Origin: an uncultured delta proteobacterium
GTDB lineage: Bacteria > Desulfobacterota > Zymogenia > Zymogenales > Zymogenaceae
Length of the DNA: 64,000 nt
Direction: 5' to 3'
Assembly (NCBI GenBank): GCA_963735595.1
Contig: CAVTLK010000002.1
Location: forward strand, 768,001-832,000
The first letter of the stretch is position 1. Every line of letters begins with the position of its first letter. Shown in pieces: positions 62,658 to 64,000 of the stretch. The notes under the pieces were generated by a model that searched no databases, was not told the DNA's origin, and was given only the letters and a program-made list of their open reading frames with translations. Made by a program: the position numbers and the translations under genes.

Positions 62658-62768
62658 GTCGCCGCGTCGCACGATAGTACGTCAGATTCACCAGGCGGGG
62701 TGAAAAAGGGCGTTTGGAGCGGAGGCAAATAGCGGGGAACGGTTGGTGTCCGCCGAAAGAAAAGATAT

Positions 62769-64000
62769 ATGTTAACCGTCTATCATAAGAAGAATCCCGC
62801 CCGGTTTATGCTGTCGGGGTTTCTTTTCATCATCCTGTGGGGGACGTTTGTCCTTCTGCTGCCGCAGTCGACGGTGACGGGCCACATCCCCTTTATCGAC
62901 GCCCTGTTCACGGCCACGAGCGCCGTGTGCGTCACGGGGCTCACCACCGTGGATGTCGGCACTACCTTCACCCTGCTGGGACTGGTCACGATCCTCGTCC
63001 TCATCCAGCTGGGGGGCATCGGGGTCGCCTTCTTCGGGATCCTGTTCGGCCTGGTCTTCACCGGGAGGATAAACGTCGGCCAGAAATCCCTCTTCTCATC
63101 GGCAATGACACCCCACGCCCAGTGGGATATCTGGGGGGTCTTTCGCGTCATCTTTCTGGTCACCATAACGGTAGAGCTGATCGGGGCGGCCATTATGGCG
63201 ATCCCGATGATGAAGGTCTCCGGCGGCGACCCGTTTCGGGCCTTTTACCACGGGCTTTTTCACTCCGTCTCCGCCTTCTGCAACGCGGGTTTTGCGCTGA
63301 TGCCCGACAACTTCGTCTCGTTCAGGGGGGAGCCGCTGGTCATCATCCCGGTCATGTGCCTCATCGTGATCGGGGGCATCGGTTTTTTCGTGATCGACGA
63401 GCTGCTGCAGATGGTACGGTCCCGGCGGCGCCACACCCTCAGCCTCCACTCGAAGATCGTGCTGACCACGACGGCCCTGCTGATTGCCGTCGGCGCGGTC
63501 GTCATCGGTTTCTTCGAGTTTCGCAACACCTTTGCCGGGGAGAAGACGGGACTGCTGGTCATGGACTGCCTTTTTTATTCCATTACGCCGCGGACCGCCG
63601 GCTTCAATACCGTCAACGTGGCCGATATGCTCAACCCGAGCATCCTGATTATCGTCATCCTCATGTTTATCGGGGCCTCCCCGGCCTCCACCGGCGGGGG
63701 GGTAAAGACGACTACGTTTTCGGTCATCATGCTGCTGATCCGGTCGCAGTTTCGGGGCAGCGAGGCCGTATCGGCCTTCAAGAGGACGATCCCGTCCAAC
63801 ACGGTGCTGCAGGCGCACATCATCATGGCCCTTTCAACCGCGCTCGTTATTATCATGACAGTGCTCGTGCTCTCGTTTGATCTTGTGGGGGCGCCGGCAA
63901 AGATTACCGGCCGGGGGGTATTCGTTTCGAGCCTCTTCGAGACGGTCTCGGCCTTCGGGACGGTGGGACTCTCGCTGGGGATTACCCCGTACTTGAGCTG
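62769..64000 (+). CDS. Second TrkH/KtrB subunit (runs off the window end; absent from ORF track)
   Basis: From ATG 62769: DALFTATSAVCVTGL, IQLGG, SAFCNAGF, RTAGFNT, GASPASTGGGVK, SAFGTVGLSLGIT. Confidence 0.9.
   Translation, partial: MLTVYHKKNPARFMLSGFLFIILWGTFVLLLPQSTVTGHIPFIDALFTATSAVCVTGLTTVDVGTTFTLLGLVTILVLIQLGGIGVAFFGILFGLVFTGRINVGQKSLFSSAMTPHAQWDIWGVFRVIFLVTITVELIGAAIMAIPMMKVSGGDPFRAFYHGLFHSVSAFCNAGFALMPDNFVSFRGEPLVIIPVMCLIVIGGIGFFVIDELLQMVRSRRRHTLSLHSKIVLTTTALLIAVGAVVIGFFEFRNTFAGEKTGLLVMDCLFYSITPRTAGFNTVNVADMLNPSILIIVILMFIGASPASTGGGVKTTTFSVIMLLIRSQFRGSEAVSAFKRTIPSNTVLQAHIIMALSTALVIIMTVLVLSFDLVGAPAKITGRGVFVSSLFETVSAFGTVGLSLGITPYLS

Overview
GC-rich bacterial chromosome segment, most likely from an anaerobe of the Desulfobacterota/deltaproteobacterial type (inferred from gene content and gene order). 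Its core is a ~17 kb Wood-Ljungdahl cluster: acsV-cooC-small ORF-acsD-two Fe-S proteins-cooS-acsB-acsC-acsE-DUF3786-cooC, converging on fhs-cooT-folD. Flanking genes cover acyl-CoA metabolism (TetR, two acyl-CoA dehydrogenases, two crotonases), a Tat sulfatase, larA plus an MFS transporter, purA, serA plus a class V aminotransferase, GH13 and GH57 glycosidases, ald, glmU-glmS and two trkH/ktrB genes. Many genes, including housekeeping ones, carry single-base frameshifts, often at homopolymers; I read these as long-read sequencing errors. The most unusual items are: tandem acyltransferase-esterase fusions with apparently reciprocal active-site loss; a two-barrel outer-membrane protein; a eukaryote-like Fhs; a Pyrococcus-type GH57 alpha-galactosidase; a GlmU with a degenerate uridyltransferase domain; and a small AT-rich islet (HEPN-motif gene, restriction-modification remnant, rhuM). 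No rRNA, tRNA, CRISPR array or transposase was recognised. All family assignments come from motif recognition by eye; no database search was run.
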